Positions 21,301 to 32,122 of a stretch of 64,000 nucleotides of DNA are shown one piece after another (the stretch's first letter is position 1; every line of letters begins with the position of its first letter). Location of the stretch: the sequence record MH595538.1. One strand, given 5' to 3'. The notes below the pieces were generated by a model. The model made no database searches. It worked only from the letters and a program-made list of their open reading frames with translations, and was not told the origin of the DNA. The position numbers and the translations under genes are program-made.

Positions 21301-24110
21301 ATGTCTTTAAGGCTAGTGATCGGCTTCTTAGTTTCACGGTCATAGTACTCGCCAGAAAGAAGCTCTTCACGAGTCATGACAGGTTCTTCAAAACCCTCCA
21401 CATAGACATCCTGTGCTTTATCATCAGACTCAACACGACGTCTTCCAAAGATTGTTTTGAATATGTTCCCGCCTGCTGACAGCCCGCCTCCAATGACAGA
21501 ACCGGTACCTTTAGCAATGCCGCTAACACCAGTATACAGTCCTTTAATATAAGAACCGATAATGGACGAGCCACCCTGGATGCCTTTCTCAAGCAAGCTA
21601 GTCAATCCAGATTTAGCAACAATCTCGCCATCGGCCAACGCAGAGGTATTCACAACCACCATTGACATCAACTGACTGAGTTCACTGAATCCTTCTCGAA
21701 TAGCATCTACCTGACCTTCTCCGGTATGCTGGTTCAAGATATGGACAGGCACGCCTTCCTGATCATTGATAGAAACATTGAATCTGCGATGCATTGATTC
21801 TGTCTGAGACATAATCGCATCAATGACGTCACTATTATCAATTCCAACATTGATCGTATTCATCACATCCGAATTAAACGGATTATCTGGTGCCTTGTAG
21901 TCGAAGGTTCCTGATCTTACCGTCCTGCGATTAATGCGATCATTAGCAATCGTCGCCTGTCCAGATACTACTGAGGCGTTATACTCTGATTCTAAGGAAG
22001 TGATATCTTCGGCTATCGATGATACTCGTCTGTCTTTGACAGTTAGTGATTTAAGCTGTTTTAAGATATCGGCATCTTTAATCAGTTTTAAAGCTTCTTC
22101 TCTGACTGCAGGATCAGTGATCATTGCAACAAGATCTTCCGCGGTAGTATCACGCTTGATATTCTTACGGTTATCTTGAAGCACTGTGCCTATTGCTTCT
22201 TTTGCTTTTTGAGAGGTGAAAAGTTTCTCTCCAGAGTCCTCATCTGTGATGACGCCAATTCCACGAAGCAGATCTGACTGGCCAGAAGCATAAAGACGAT
22301 TCAATTCTCGCTGGATGCCTACTTGACCTTCAGCCATATCCATCATGGCGCGAGTAAAGGCTTTTCGTATATCTTGTTTAGAAGTACTGGATGATCTAAA
22401 CCATGATGCTAATGCCAGCTTCTCATTATCACTAAGTGAAGAATCGCTCGATATTTCATCCATTCTGAACGGAATACCAGCAAGTGCTCTATTGAGAATG
22501 ATGTCCCCTAGTTTGTCCTTGAGGTTACCGCTAAGTTCACCGCCCACTTTCTCAACCGCGTCATCAAGAGATCGCTTACGTCGAGATGACAATCCAGACA
22601 ATAGACGATTATCGATATCGGCCGTGGCATCAGAAAGTCGAATAAAGTTTTCTTTATCCACTGAGTAAACTAGGCGATCTTTATCGCCGCCATTTTGAAC
22701 AGACAGTTCATTAAGGATGCGAGATAGATAACCTGGAATGATTTCAATGATACTGCGACGAGTGATATTATCAAACGGCACTGGCGTTAAGGCTTCTTTA
22801 CTTAACGTGTTTGAAACCTTAAGATCTTGATCATCCATTCCTGGGGTCAGTTCTTTAAGCTTATCAGAAATGATCGCCAGATTGATTCTCTCTAAGAAAG
22901 GGAATCGTTCGACCATTGAACCAGGGAAGACATCGCCGTTCCAGTTAGCTAAGAAGTATGTTGCTTCCTGAGGATAAGCCGATAGGAAATATTCGATATC
23001 CTTAGCGTATTTTTCAATAGCCGGAATCTTGCGCAGCATCTTAGCGGCTTTCTTACCTGCTTTACTGGCTAGCCATTTACCTGCTTCAGAAGAGGCAATT
23101 CCTGATAAGAATTCCGTCTTATCTAAATCATCGGCCATCTCCACAGCACTGGTTAAACCATCGGCTAATTCACCTGCTAAACCAACACCTTCTCTAAACT
23201 GACCAATCAGACCGCCAACCATATTGCCGACGTTTTCACGCAGCCTATCTGTAAAGCCACGAGAGTAGTCCGCTACAGAATCCGTGACGCTACCATAGAT
23301 TCTTTGATACAACGATGTCTGCAGGCCCTCAGTGCCCTGTAGCTTAGCAATCTCCGGTAAGGCGGTATTCTTGATGATTGCCTGGTTAGAAACACCTTGG
23401 TCTTCTGCAAAGGCAGTCATAACAGCAAGTAGGTTTTTCTGGACATTGTACTGTCGCATACTAAACTCTAGTTGCTTGCGCTGAGCTTCATAGATGATCG
23501 TGTCATTGAAGCCAACTAAACGACTCAATAACTGGTTAGTCGCCGCTGTGCCTTTAACATTCTCTCTGGAGAGTTGAACATTTAAATCAGCATAGCTTCG
23601 ATTGATATCAGCTTCCTGAGACTGTCTATTAAAGATATTATTGAGCTCAGCCTGTAAAGCTAATTCAGCAGTATCTTCAACACGACGCTCATCGGAATGT
23701 GACTCATCAGGGGTTTCCAAGAAAGGCAGGATCTTTTCTTTAAACTGATCAGAGATCTGATCTGCTAAAGGTCCTTCTTTTACCTGACGACCAATCATTT
23801 TCTTTAGGTCATCGATTGGCTTCTTGATATCTCTTTTAGCATCATCATATAGACGTGCGACATCAGACAATCCGTCATCTACTGCATCGGCCGCTTGTCC
23901 ATATTCATCGGGCAATGCCTCGCCAACGAATGCCTTACCAATGTCGGTTAACGTGTCTCTGTCGCGCAAAGAATCCCACGCACCGGCGGCTATTTTAGTA
24001 GCAGCAGAACGATCATCTTTAACATCGGGATTTTCCTCAATGTCCATAAGTAGATCTAGGTCATCGAGGTTAAGGTCATCAATGTTATCTAAGTCCCATT
24101 CATCGGACAT
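18393..24110 (-). CDS. Tape-measure / tail-associated lysin (phiKZ gp181-like position) with M23 peptidase domain
   Basis: 1905 aa, largely helical. HKGVD, YAHL and HLHFEIR M23 zinc motifs near the C-terminus. Divergent from the vRNAP beta' gene as in phiKZ. Confidence 0.8.
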   Translation of the reverse strand: MSDEWDLDNIDDLNLDDLDLLMDIEENPDVKDDRSAATKIAAGAWDSLRDRDTLTDIGKAFVGEALPDEYGQAADAVDDGLSDVARLYDDAKRDIKKPIDDLKKMIGRQVKEGPLADQISDQFKEKILPFLETPDESHSDERRVEDTAELALQAELNNIFNRQSQEADINRSYADLNVQLSRENVKGTAATNQLLSRLVGFNDTIIYEAQRKQLEFSMRQYNVQKNLLAVMTAFAEDQGVSNQAIIKNTALPEIAKLQGTEGLQTSLYQRIYGSVTDSVADYSRGFTDRLRENVGNMVGGLIGQFREGVGLAGELADGLTSAVEMADDLDKTEFLSGIASSEAGKWLASKAGKKAAKMLRKIPAIEKYAKDIEYFLSAYPQEATYFLANWNGDVFPGSMVERFPFLERINLAIISDKLKELTPGMDDQDLKVSNTLSKEALTPVPFDNITRRSIIEIIPGYLSRILNELSVQNGGDKDRLVYSVDKENFIRLSDATADIDNRLLSGLSSRRKRSLDDAVEKVGGELSGNLKDKLGDIILNRALAGIPFRMDEISSDSSLSDNEKLALASWFRSSSTSKQDIRKAFTRAMMDMAEGQVGIQRELNRLYASGQSDLLRGIGVITDEDSGEKLFTSQKAKEAIGTVLQDNRKNIKRDTTAEDLVAMITDPAVREEALKLIKDADILKQLKSLTVKDRRVSSIAEDITSLESEYNASVVSGQATIANDRINRRTVRSGTFDYKAPDNPFNSDVMNTINVGIDNSDVIDAIMSQTESMHRRFNVSINDQEGVPVHILNQHTGEGQVDAIREGFSELSQLMSMVVVNTSALADGEIVAKSGLTSLLEKGIQGGSSIIGSYIKGLYTGVSGIAKGTGSVIGGGLSAGGNIFKTIFGRRRVESDDKAQDVYVEGFEEPVMTREELLSGEYYDRETKKPITSLKDITGPVIDKFGNVKISMKQIRTGLFSKDDYDLSGLMNLAKKPLNALTGFYGNMFSALGGLKDRAIKAIKNIRRGSFDVYVEGEEYPRLKAIVMDNGGYVSVASEQVIYSPLDIDGPIMDQAGNVVLSLDDIQRGIVDIRGVPVGNFRTLGYIKDKASSVIGFAKNIAGRAKDMAGSAFSSIGGLFKRGKEAVSEAADNALLRSRANGNPLDEQLRDGEITAVTILAKIYDHMSTVWPLDGEGLSELLGPGAHAKLADEDNDDNASDRDGDGMRDNSLEEMMARRKQKAKAEEKQVKEQVDKGEGIWGRLFGLVGAIGPGIVSALGALGTTLLTALGISKGADAASDIADAAGDMSGDRRGRGRSRGRGRLGRLGRAASGLGSLAGKLGRGALSVGRTALAVTGGAGAMLLRGGAAVLGAVTTGVAGPVIATAALAYGGYKAYQYFSARSEAEPLERLRFMQYGLNPDREDHLVAIRELESEIIDEVIYTGTKPMLKMTPREAYEEYAESWGVDMNSEAEGMNWAVWFSKRFVPVLMTHLGVLKVMNVDVDLTDIDDELTDKTQRSSYLSKVIPDPRKGDPLQVRQFPIPGQTPFATRDDIIAYHEDLKAVASGSRKSESSKEMQVMNEAMKLERKKPEVSEYALRSANRATRNSTQTNFAYRTLDPNAASKKVAAISPVVLKADAPSLKGVKFILPVLETAVVTSPYGRRVHPKTGKVHYHKGVDWDGERGDPIYAAAAGKIYRREYSSTYGNVIYIRHENGMATRYAHLSNFAPGIHNDTVVKQGQLIGFMGNTGVSTGVHLHFEIRKTAAWDSETVNPLKLIASGKIDKQVKEQEKAAKTENKKPPSLDETIEGEDTIQSTAAPKQTVPKKQERPKLTLDKPKTKSEERREVQARMSMDKDFRKIMMDMSKQGSAAFEQRKEMISRLDRLIEIAENTDSGNTTQAQTPSQSTQRRTPPTVTPTIDLSQ

Positions 24111-24182
24111 GATCCTCTCCTCTTTATTAAAAGCTATAAACTAATTAATTCGCCATCATCCAAGTTAAAAGGGAGTAGTCCT

Positions 24183-25850
24183 ATGGACTATGTAGAAACG
24201 AGTAAAAACCTGAAGTTGAATAAGGTTCCGTTCAACATCACTTTCTTACCCAATGATAGAAGAGTAGTCGAAGGTTTACTGCCTGTAACAAACATCGCCA
24301 TTATGGATAATCGAACGAACGATTATCACTCGCAAGGTCTTTACAGCACGGCCATTTTTGGTAAGCCAGGGGAAAAGAAAAGAGACAGACAAATGTCTTA
24401 TGTTCCTCTGCGCACTAAGATCTTCCATCCTCTTTATTATAAGGAACTTATTCGCCTAAAAGGACTCTATGGTCAGATACTGATGTCAGAGTCTTATGCT
24501 AAATGGGATGAAAAAGAAAAAGACTTTGTGCCGGCCAAAGACGGAATACTTGAAGGAGAAACTGGTTTTAGTTTCTTCATGCGTCACTGGGATGAACTTG
24601 AATTCAAACAAGGGAAATCTCAAAAGCGTCAATTGCGTATAACCATGCTAGAGCATTACCGCGATGTTGCTCTTATTGACTTCTTCATGGTCATTCCTGC
24701 GGGACTGCGTGATGTAACCCTAGATGAATCCAATCGCCCTATCGAAGAAGATATCAATGGTCTTTATAAAAAGGTTATATCGGCAGCTAACGCAATCAAC
24801 CCAGATCTTGAAGAGCTGCATCCCTCGATTCTCGACTTTCCTAAGAAACAGTTACAGAAGTCTGTTAATGCTGTGGATGATTACATCCATAACATTCTAG
24901 AAGGTAAGCGCGGATTCATCTCTGGTAAGTTTGGTAGCCGTAAGGTATTTGGTACAACTCGTAACGTTCTTTCCTCAATGGAAATGGATGCTGAGTTTAT
25001 GGGCGGACCTAAACATCCTGACCTTAACACTACTATTGTAGGGATGTATCAATTCATCAAAGCAGCAGAGCCATTGGTAGTCGATTATGCAATGCCGAAA
25101 GGTTTCTTGTCTGACTTCTTTGATGGGATAGACAGTTTTGTTCCTCTTGTCAATAAAGACACGTTGCTTAAAGAAGAAGTTCAACTATCTCCGAAAGCAA
25201 GAGAAAAATGGGGAACGACTAAAGGTCTTGAAGATCTATTAAGCGGCTTTAAATACCAGGAGCTAAGACATAACCCTGTGACGATTGATGGCAAGTTCCT
25301 TAAACTTATCTATCAGGATAATGAAAGATATCGAATCATGAATTCGATCGAAGAATTACCTGACGGATGGAACAAGTCTTTAGTTCGTCCACTCACTTGG
25401 GGAGAGATGTTCTATCTTATCGCTAAAGACCAAGTCAATAAGACTCGCTGTTATTGTACTCGCTACCCAGTTACCGGCATGGGCTCTATATTCCCTAATA
25501 AGGTATATATGCGCACAACCGTTAGGTCTCTAGACCTAGTAGAGCTAGATGAAAACTGGAACGCGACTGAAAACAGGGCAATAGAATTTCCTGACACTCT
25601 GAATAAATTAGGCTGGGTAGATACCATGGCTGTCCATACAGCATACCTACCCCACCTAGGAGCTGATTTTGATGGCGATATGCTATCATTTCAATTGGTA
25701 TACTCAGACGAAGCAGTGAAAGAAGTTGATGATTACCTCAGTAAAGTAACTAGCTATATCACTCCTCAGGGTGGTTTGCTCTACGACTCTACGAGTGATG
25801 TTACTGAATGGGTATTGTCCTTTACCACCGGGAACGGATTAGAAGAATGA
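24183..25850 (+). CDS. rpoC: Virion RNA polymerase beta' subunit, N-terminal part (phiKZ gp180-like)
   Basis: Catalytic GADFDGD motif, plus VIPAGLRD and GKRGFI...GKFGSR RpoC-like motifs. Confidence 0.92.
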   Translation: MDYVETSKNLKLNKVPFNITFLPNDRRVVEGLLPVTNIAIMDNRTNDYHSQGLYSTAIFGKPGEKKRDRQMSYVPLRTKIFHPLYYKELIRLKGLYGQILMSESYAKWDEKEKDFVPAKDGILEGETGFSFFMRHWDELEFKQGKSQKRQLRITMLEHYRDVALIDFFMVIPAGLRDVTLDESNRPIEEDINGLYKKVISAANAINPDLEELHPSILDFPKKQLQKSVNAVDDYIHNILEGKRGFISGKFGSRKVFGTTRNVLSSMEMDAEFMGGPKHPDLNTTIVGMYQFIKAAEPLVVDYAMPKGFLSDFFDGIDSFVPLVNKDTLLKEEVQLSPKAREKWGTTKGLEDLLSGFKYQELRHNPVTIDGKFLKLIYQDNERYRIMNSIEELPDGWNKSLVRPLTWGEMFYLIAKDQVNKTRCYCTRYPVTGMGSIFPNKVYMRTTVRSLDLVELDENWNATENRAIEFPDTLNKLGWVDTMAVHTAYLPHLGADFDGDMLSFQLVYSDEAVKEVDDYLSKVTSYITPQGGLLYDSTSDVTEWVLSFTTGNGLEE

Positions 25851-28800
25851 TTACATACGATAATTTCCTAAGGCAGTTTGCATTAAAACCTAGCCAGGCT
25901 TTTAGCGCAGCGCCTATCGTTTCATTAACGGATATAATGCTGCCCCGAGGGGCAGTTTTGCATTACGTTACTGATACCGCAGCTAACTTCGGTATTCGAG
26001 GATCAAACCCTCTTTTAATTGGAGAGGAGGAACGTAAAATACGCATCGCCTTTATACGTGACGGATATGGTACACACGGCCGCACTAAAAACCGCGTATT
26101 CTCTGCTGATAAAGCAATCAAGGACTTCAAGCTTCGTCAACGCCGCTTTACTGTTCAGCGCGATTGGAGCAAGGCGATAAATAGTCGCGACATGGTCATC
26201 ATGGATTACTCTGCTCTTGCCATGCAGCAGACCTATGTACAGTCTATGACTCAGTTCCATGACGAATGGATGAACATGACTGAAGCGATGATGAATAAGG
26301 TTAATCAAGTTAATTCTGATCGTCCGCAATTCATCAATGTCAAACTGCCGAGCACTTGGCCGTCTAAAGCACACTTTGGTAAAGTTGAAGAAAAGTTTTC
26401 TACTGAAGAGCTTGGTCGATGGGTTCAGCCTGGTCACTTCTGGATGCGTGAAATATGGCGTGCTATTAAAGGCATGTCCGACATCTTAAAACTAGATGAA
26501 AGAATAGTACCTAATCTATCTTTTATCTTCTCTCTTAATAACCACTGCATGATCATGTCTCTCAATGACATTCTATCTAGAGCAGAAGAAAAGAATAATG
26601 TCGCAAATGAATGGCACAAAGCCATGACCCGACTATTCCAGAAAGGCACTGGTGTCGATGATTCTATTTCTGAAGAAACAACAGGAGCAGATTCAGAACT
26701 TGACGATACACCTAATGAAGCACTGCAAGAACCAGAACCGGTCACTGAGGAGAAACAGCTTGTTAAAGGTGTGCCTAATACTGCCACTGTCCGTATTGCG
26801 GAACTAGGCCAGGCAGGCAGACTTACTGCTGCAGAGCAAAACCGACTGATCACGATTGCACAGAATGCACCATTACTAGTCGCTCCTGTCTCTTCTGGAG
26901 AACCTATTAAGCTTGGTGAGTTCATCGATATCAAGCCTGAAGAGCTAAAGGTAACCGAAGAACTAAAGACCACGGTTAATGACCTTACCGTTCCTGCTCA
27001 TGCAAAACGCAGTAAGACACTTAACTTAACTAAAGAGTATATTGAAAGAGACATTATCACAAAAGACATTGCCAGTATGATCATGCATACGGCAAACGCT
27101 GGTGTTTTTGTTCAAGACTTTAAAGTCAGTCCTTTGGTCGATGCTCTTAATAAAGGACGTACGTTTGAAATCAAGAACGTGCCAATTCAAGGCAAAGGTT
27201 CTACATGGAAAATTGAACTGCCTGACATCGAACCTGATGGAAGCTTCATGGCCGACGGCGTTCGGTATACGATGGATTTCCAGCGTGTTGACATTCCTTT
27301 AAGAAAGACTTCTCCGCAACGGGCAGCTTTGACGTCTTACTACGGGAAGCTTTTTATACAAAGGGCGGGTGTTGTTAAACACGACTATAGTAAATGGATC
27401 CGACGCAAAATATCTGACGCAGCATTAGACGCAGAAGATAAGCGCATTACGAACCAGCAGTTTGGCGGTAATGAAATCCCTCGCATGGCATTGCCTCGTG
27501 AATACACTGCTTTAATGCAAGGTTTAACTCGCTTTGAATCTAACGGCTTTGTATTCTACCTGGATCATAAGAACCGTGAATCTTTCTTTGGTTCTGATGC
27601 AGTTAAGAAATATGAATCGAAAGACGAAGTCATTATTGCAATGTCTAAGTCTAAAAAGGAAGGTAAACATAAATATCTGACCTTGAATACACAGGGCTTT
27701 GTTAACGGCGATATTGTCACGCCTATTAAGCTACTAGAGTTCCTAGGTGGTGGATGGGGCACTCCTCCAAGAGATGTTGCCGAGATTCTTATCTTCGGTA
27801 AGCGTGTACCGGTTGGCTTGGTGTTGGCTTATTACACTGGCCTAAATGAACTTATCAAACTGACTAAAGCTAAGACTCGTCGCATTCCTGCTAACCAGAG
27901 AGTAAGTAAGTCTGCAATGAATGAAGATGAAATTTACATCAAGTTCAACGATGAGTGGCTAGTAGTCGATGGAACAGATCCTGTCGTTTCTTTGATCTTC
28001 TCTGGTTTTACTGCTTCTGAGAAATTAATCTCTAGTTATAATCTTTCTGACTTTAACAGCAAAGATGTCTATGGTCCTTTGTTCATGAAACTAGGGGCAG
28101 CAAGACACCATCTAACTGAACTCGAGATTCTCAAGGAACTGTACATTGATCCGATCACTCGCGATCTACTTAAAGAAATGAAGCTGCCAACGGAATTAGT
28201 CCCGTTGATGATTGAAGCCATATTCTTAATTAGAAACGATGATTGGTCAGAAGAAACCGATCCTACAATGCAGCGTCGTAGAGGCTATGAGCGAATTGCT
28301 GGTTTTGTCTATAAGAAACTTATTGAAGCAATACGTGAACAGCGCAACAAACCTAATCCATCCAACCATGCGGTTTACATGGGACCTAGAGATGTATGGG
28401 CGCAATTAGTAGCCGACCCTACGGTACAGCTCGTTAAAGATCTAAACCCAATCCACTTCCTTAAAGAACAAGAAGCAGTAAACCTTTCTGGTGATGGCGG
28501 TCGTAAAGGCGAGACGCTGGTTAAGAAATCTCGTTCCTTTAATGCTAAAGACTTAGGTAGTATTTCAGAGTCGACTCCTGACTCAGGTAAAGTTGGTATT
28601 CGTACTTACTTGACAGCTAATGCTAAGACAGCTGGTATTAGAGGCATGTGGGAAGAGTTTGATTTTGAACGTGATGGTAGTACATCGGTACTCAGCACCA
28701 CTGCGTTAACGTTGCCAGCAATGAACCACGACGACGGTTAAGAAAAAATAATTTGGTACAGTACTGCACTTTCATATAGACTTAATCATGCCGAAGGAAA

Positions 28801-30369
28801 AAGATTTCCTGACGGGATTAGGTACTATAAATACCAAACGTACCAAAGAGACGTTGGCCGTCTTAAAACCTCTTTAATTGCGGAGACTCTCTGTAGAAAG
28901 CCATGATTGAATTCTAGTGGAAACACTAGTTGTAAAATCATGACCTGGAGATATCGGACACGAAGTCCCTAGCGCAGCGAAGACCCTAAGTCTATCGATA
29001 AGGGTAACGTTCAACGACTATCGAAAGCTTAACTTGAGAAGAAATCTTTCAGGGGATCATAAGCTTACCTAAGGGTAAGTGAAGCGAGTAGAGTACGGCC
29101 CGAGTGGGTGGGTATAGAATCCCTTAAATGGAAAGAGGAGGCAGGGTTATCATGGTAACAGTGATGGCCTTGAAAAGATAGTCTCAACATCCAGGTAATT
29201 CTGGAGCTGCTCATAAAGAGCGACTATGTCTAACGAACATAGTGAAGATATTGAAACGTCAAAACTTAGCATCGGTGCAAATGTCTGCTATTGTTCCTTG
29301 TGTTGGCTATCGAACCATGGCATTACGCACTGGATATGAATCCGTCATTGCTGCACGTCTAAATGAAATGTATGCAATCAATGCTGAGAAAGAAGGCGAG
29401 ATCATTAAGCTTACGGATAAGATCCTTAAGGTTAAATATAAAGATGGGGAAACTAAAGGCTGGCGTATTGGACGTATCCATGGCAAAGCTGACGGTGAAA
29501 CTATTCCTCATGATATCGTCACTGACTTAGCGAAAGGATATCAGTTTGGTCCAGGTGAAGTATTAGCATGGAACGTTGCTTGGTTCGAACGTGATTTATT
29601 CAGTAAGACTAATGTGTCAATGAAGACAGGTGCGGTTGCACGTACTGTACTGTTAGAAAATAATGATACATTAGAAGATGGTTCACGTATCGGCCCAAGG
29701 CTTAAAGAAAAACTCACTACTAGAATTACAAAACAAAAAGCGATTCATCTAGAAGTTGATCAGATCATTGAAGATCTTGTTAACATAGGCGATGAGCTTG
29801 TTTACGATTCTGTTGTCTGTAAGATAAGAAACCCTGTTTCATCTAACCTGGAAGAAACCGATGCGTCGTTATTAGCTCTGGCTAAACTGTCTGACCAGAA
29901 CCCTAAATCCAAGTTTGCTGGAACTGTTACTTCTATTGAAGTTTATTACAATGCTGAATTAGAAGATATGTCTGATTCCATCAAGGCGATTGCTGAAGCC
30001 GATAACGCTAGACGCAAAGCACTTAAACGTGACTTGGGCGGCAAGGTTGCAGAGACTGGTCAGATTAAGCGCGCAAGTTTCGTAGGCGGGGATAAACTTG
30101 TCCCAGGTAAAATTGCGATCTTGATTAACATTGATGCTCCTTTAGCACAAGGCATCGGAGATAAAGCAGTATTCGGCAACCAGCTTAAAACCATTCACGG
30201 TGGTGAGCTAATTGGCGAGAATTACTCTGAAGATGGTCAGATCATTGATGCATTCTTTGGGTACCGTTCTGTCAACGACCGTATTGTAAACTCTCCTGTC
30301 TTCCAAGGAACCATTAACTCTACAATGAGTCAGGTCACCAAGAATTTCTTTGAAATACTCGGTGATTAA
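25847..30369 (+). CDS. rpoB: Virion RNA polymerase beta subunit (phiKZ gp178-like), two exons 25847-28738 and 29254-30369, about 1335 aa spliced
   Basis: ESTPDSGKVG motif in exon 1. The spliced junction MNHDDG/KRQNLASVQMSAIVP matches RpoB [33 protein letters not shown] at the end of exon 2. Confidence 0.9.
28739..29253 (+). ncRNA. Group I self-splicing intron (IA-like), 515 nt, no full-length homing endonuclease ORF
   Basis: Exon 1 ends in U and the intron ends in G. IGS GCCGTC (28857-62) pairs with exon 1 GACGGT (P1) and GACGTT (28850-55) pairs with exon 2 AACGTC (P10). P3 CCTCTTT/AAAGAGG; P7 GACTATC/GATAGTC; P element AATTGCGGAGAC, R element GTTCAACGACTA. Confidence 0.93.
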
Positions 30370-30477
30370 GGTAATGTCATTTGGCCTACCGTCAAATAAG
30401 GTAGGCCATCATCAAGGTCAAAAAGATCGCTTTTCCTGAATCCGGAACAGGAAAATATTTTAAGAAGGAGCTCTTTC

Positions 30478-30663
30478 ATGCCATCCGAATTACAAAAGGC
30501 AAGATCTACTTGTGCAGTTGCACAAGGTGTTGAATTAGGTCTTCGCATTATTTCAGAAGTTAATGATCAAATCGACCCAGATACGCAGGTAGACCTAGGT
30601 GCTGTATTAGCTGCGGAAATCAACAACGAACTAAATAACCGAGGTTCCCAAGATGCTCAGTGA
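30478..30663 (+). CDS. Small hypothetical protein
   Basis: 61 aa ORF with GGAG RBS, overlapping the next gene start. Confidence 0.5.
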   Translation: MPSELQKARSTCAVAQGVELGLRIISEVNDQIDPDTQVDLGAVLAAEINNELNNRGSQDAQ

Positions 30664-32086
30664 AAAGTCAATTAAACTAGCGGCCAGTATCGCAAATGTC
30701 GGTGCTGCCTCTGGACGTATTTTCAAGCCCTTGCAAGATACGCCTGTTGAAGTTCTTGATTTATCAATGAAACCAATCATTGGCACTAAAGACGTTGTTT
30801 CTGAAATCCGTAATGCTTCTGAAGACTCATTCGACGGTGCCGTTCAATTAAGTTCTCATTCTGGCAACATGACTGAAATGGTCGGAATGTTCGCAGATCG
30901 CTTACGCGGTAACTTGCGTCACATACGCAATGAAATCATGCCATTGGTCAGTGAGATCGATAAGGCTTGTCTAAAGCGTGCTGCTGAGATTCGTTCTGAC
31001 TCTCCAATCAACATGAACATCATTCAAGTTCCAGTGCCGGCTATTTATCAAACGGTAACACTTGAAGAGATGTTAGAAAAGTACGAAGGTCGCCCTAGCG
31101 CAGATCCAGGTCCTCGTGAACAGCTAACTAACAAACTGATGGCTGACATCACACCTGAGATCTATATCGAAATGGTATCGACTCCGTCAAACTCTTTCAA
31201 TGAAGCTGTAGGCGCGTTCGTATCAACCATGGTCGCAGAAATGAGTTATGTTGATCTTTTCAAACAAACTCCAGGCCGCGGACTAAAGCTTTACACTAAT
31301 CATTGCAGCGTTGCGACGTTCTTATTCTTACGTGCAGTTAATGCAGGCAAGCACCCTAAGATCTCACCAAGTGATCTTAAGAGCGACGATTTGATTTACC
31401 TATCTCGTCTACAGGCATTCTACGGTAAGCAATGTGAACTGTTAATGAAAGCCATTGAAGACGATCTTAAGTCTCCTAATTTTGCTTTCCTAGATGCAAT
31501 AGGTGATCGCAAGGTCTATGTCAATGACATCAAGTATCGTAACTGGCTAAAGACTGGCGGTTCTCTGGAAGCGGTCATTGGACATTTCTATAATGTCAAA
31601 GACAATGGCATTGACGTTAATGGCCTTGTTCAAAATCCTGAAAAGTTCGTAGAGCGCTATACCAGAGCTGAGCGCATCTATGCTGCTAACCAAAAGAGCA
31701 TCGGCAATACAGAGATTGCTAACATCACTCGCAATATGATCATCGAGCATATCGTTGAAACTCAAGATGAAGATGAGCAACGCTTAATCGATATCCAAGG
31801 TGTTCGTGACTGGTTTAAACAAAACCGTTTTCTAAGCACTGATAAGCAAGATGCATTTATTGCACGTGCGGTATGTGACACTGTTGGCGCTGGCTATGAT
31901 GCTGGTCTTATCTATACTGAGATGCAATCTTTCATGGACGATCCTGATAACGAAGAAATGCTGCTTGAAGATGCTGCTGCTTATGCAACAACAAAACTTC
32001 TAGCGCGCTGGATCGCTGGTCAAATTGCTTTTGATACAGTTAAGACAGGTGGTCTTCGTAACGCGGTTACTGCACTGTCTGTGTGA
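30653..32086 (+). CDS. Conserved jumbo-phage protein (phiKZ gp177-like position)
   Basis: 477 aa ORF between the RNAP beta gene and the protease operon. Confidence 0.55.
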   Translation: MLSEKSIKLAASIANVGAASGRIFKPLQDTPVEVLDLSMKPIIGTKDVVSEIRNASEDSFDGAVQLSSHSGNMTEMVGMFADRLRGNLRHIRNEIMPLVSEIDKACLKRAAEIRSDSPINMNIIQVPVPAIYQTVTLEEMLEKYEGRPSADPGPREQLTNKLMADITPEIYIEMVSTPSNSFNEAVGAFVSTMVAEMSYVDLFKQTPGRGLKLYTNHCSVATFLFLRAVNAGKHPKISPSDLKSDDLIYLSRLQAFYGKQCELLMKAIEDDLKSPNFAFLDAIGDRKVYVNDIKYRNWLKTGGSLEAVIGHFYNVKDNGIDVNGLVQNPEKFVERYTRAERIYAANQKSIGNTEIANITRNMIIEHIVETQDEDEQRLIDIQGVRDWFKQNRFLSTDKQDAFIARAVCDTVGAGYDAGLIYTEMQSFMDDPDNEEMLLEDAAAYATTKLLARWIAGQIAFDTVKTGGLRNAVTALSV

Positions 32087-32098
32087 CCCTAATAACCT

Positions 32099-32122
32099 TA
32101 GGGGACCCTCCGGGGTCCCCTA
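32099..32122 (+). terminator. Hairpin (terminator or processing site)
   Basis: TAGGGGACCC-TCCG-GGGTCCCCTA. Confidence 0.55.

Noticed and set aside
18441-24144. Numerous + strand ORFs (70-155 aa) opposite the tape-measure gene, and similar antisense ORFs opposite RNAP, sheath, terminase and other genes
   Set aside because: They are shadow ORFs fully inside long genes on the other strand or frame, with no RBS and no recognisable motifs.
28786-28830. Glycine riboswitch (GCCGAAGGA) in the intron P1 loop
   Set aside because: Only this short motif matches; the GGAGAG and CUCUCAGG elements are absent.
28739-29253. Two separately encoded RNAP subunits, stop-codon readthrough, or an intein
   Set aside because: The gap is non-coding with stops, and carries group I core elements with exact P1/P10 pairing. 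The GTG start at 29242 lies inside the intron.
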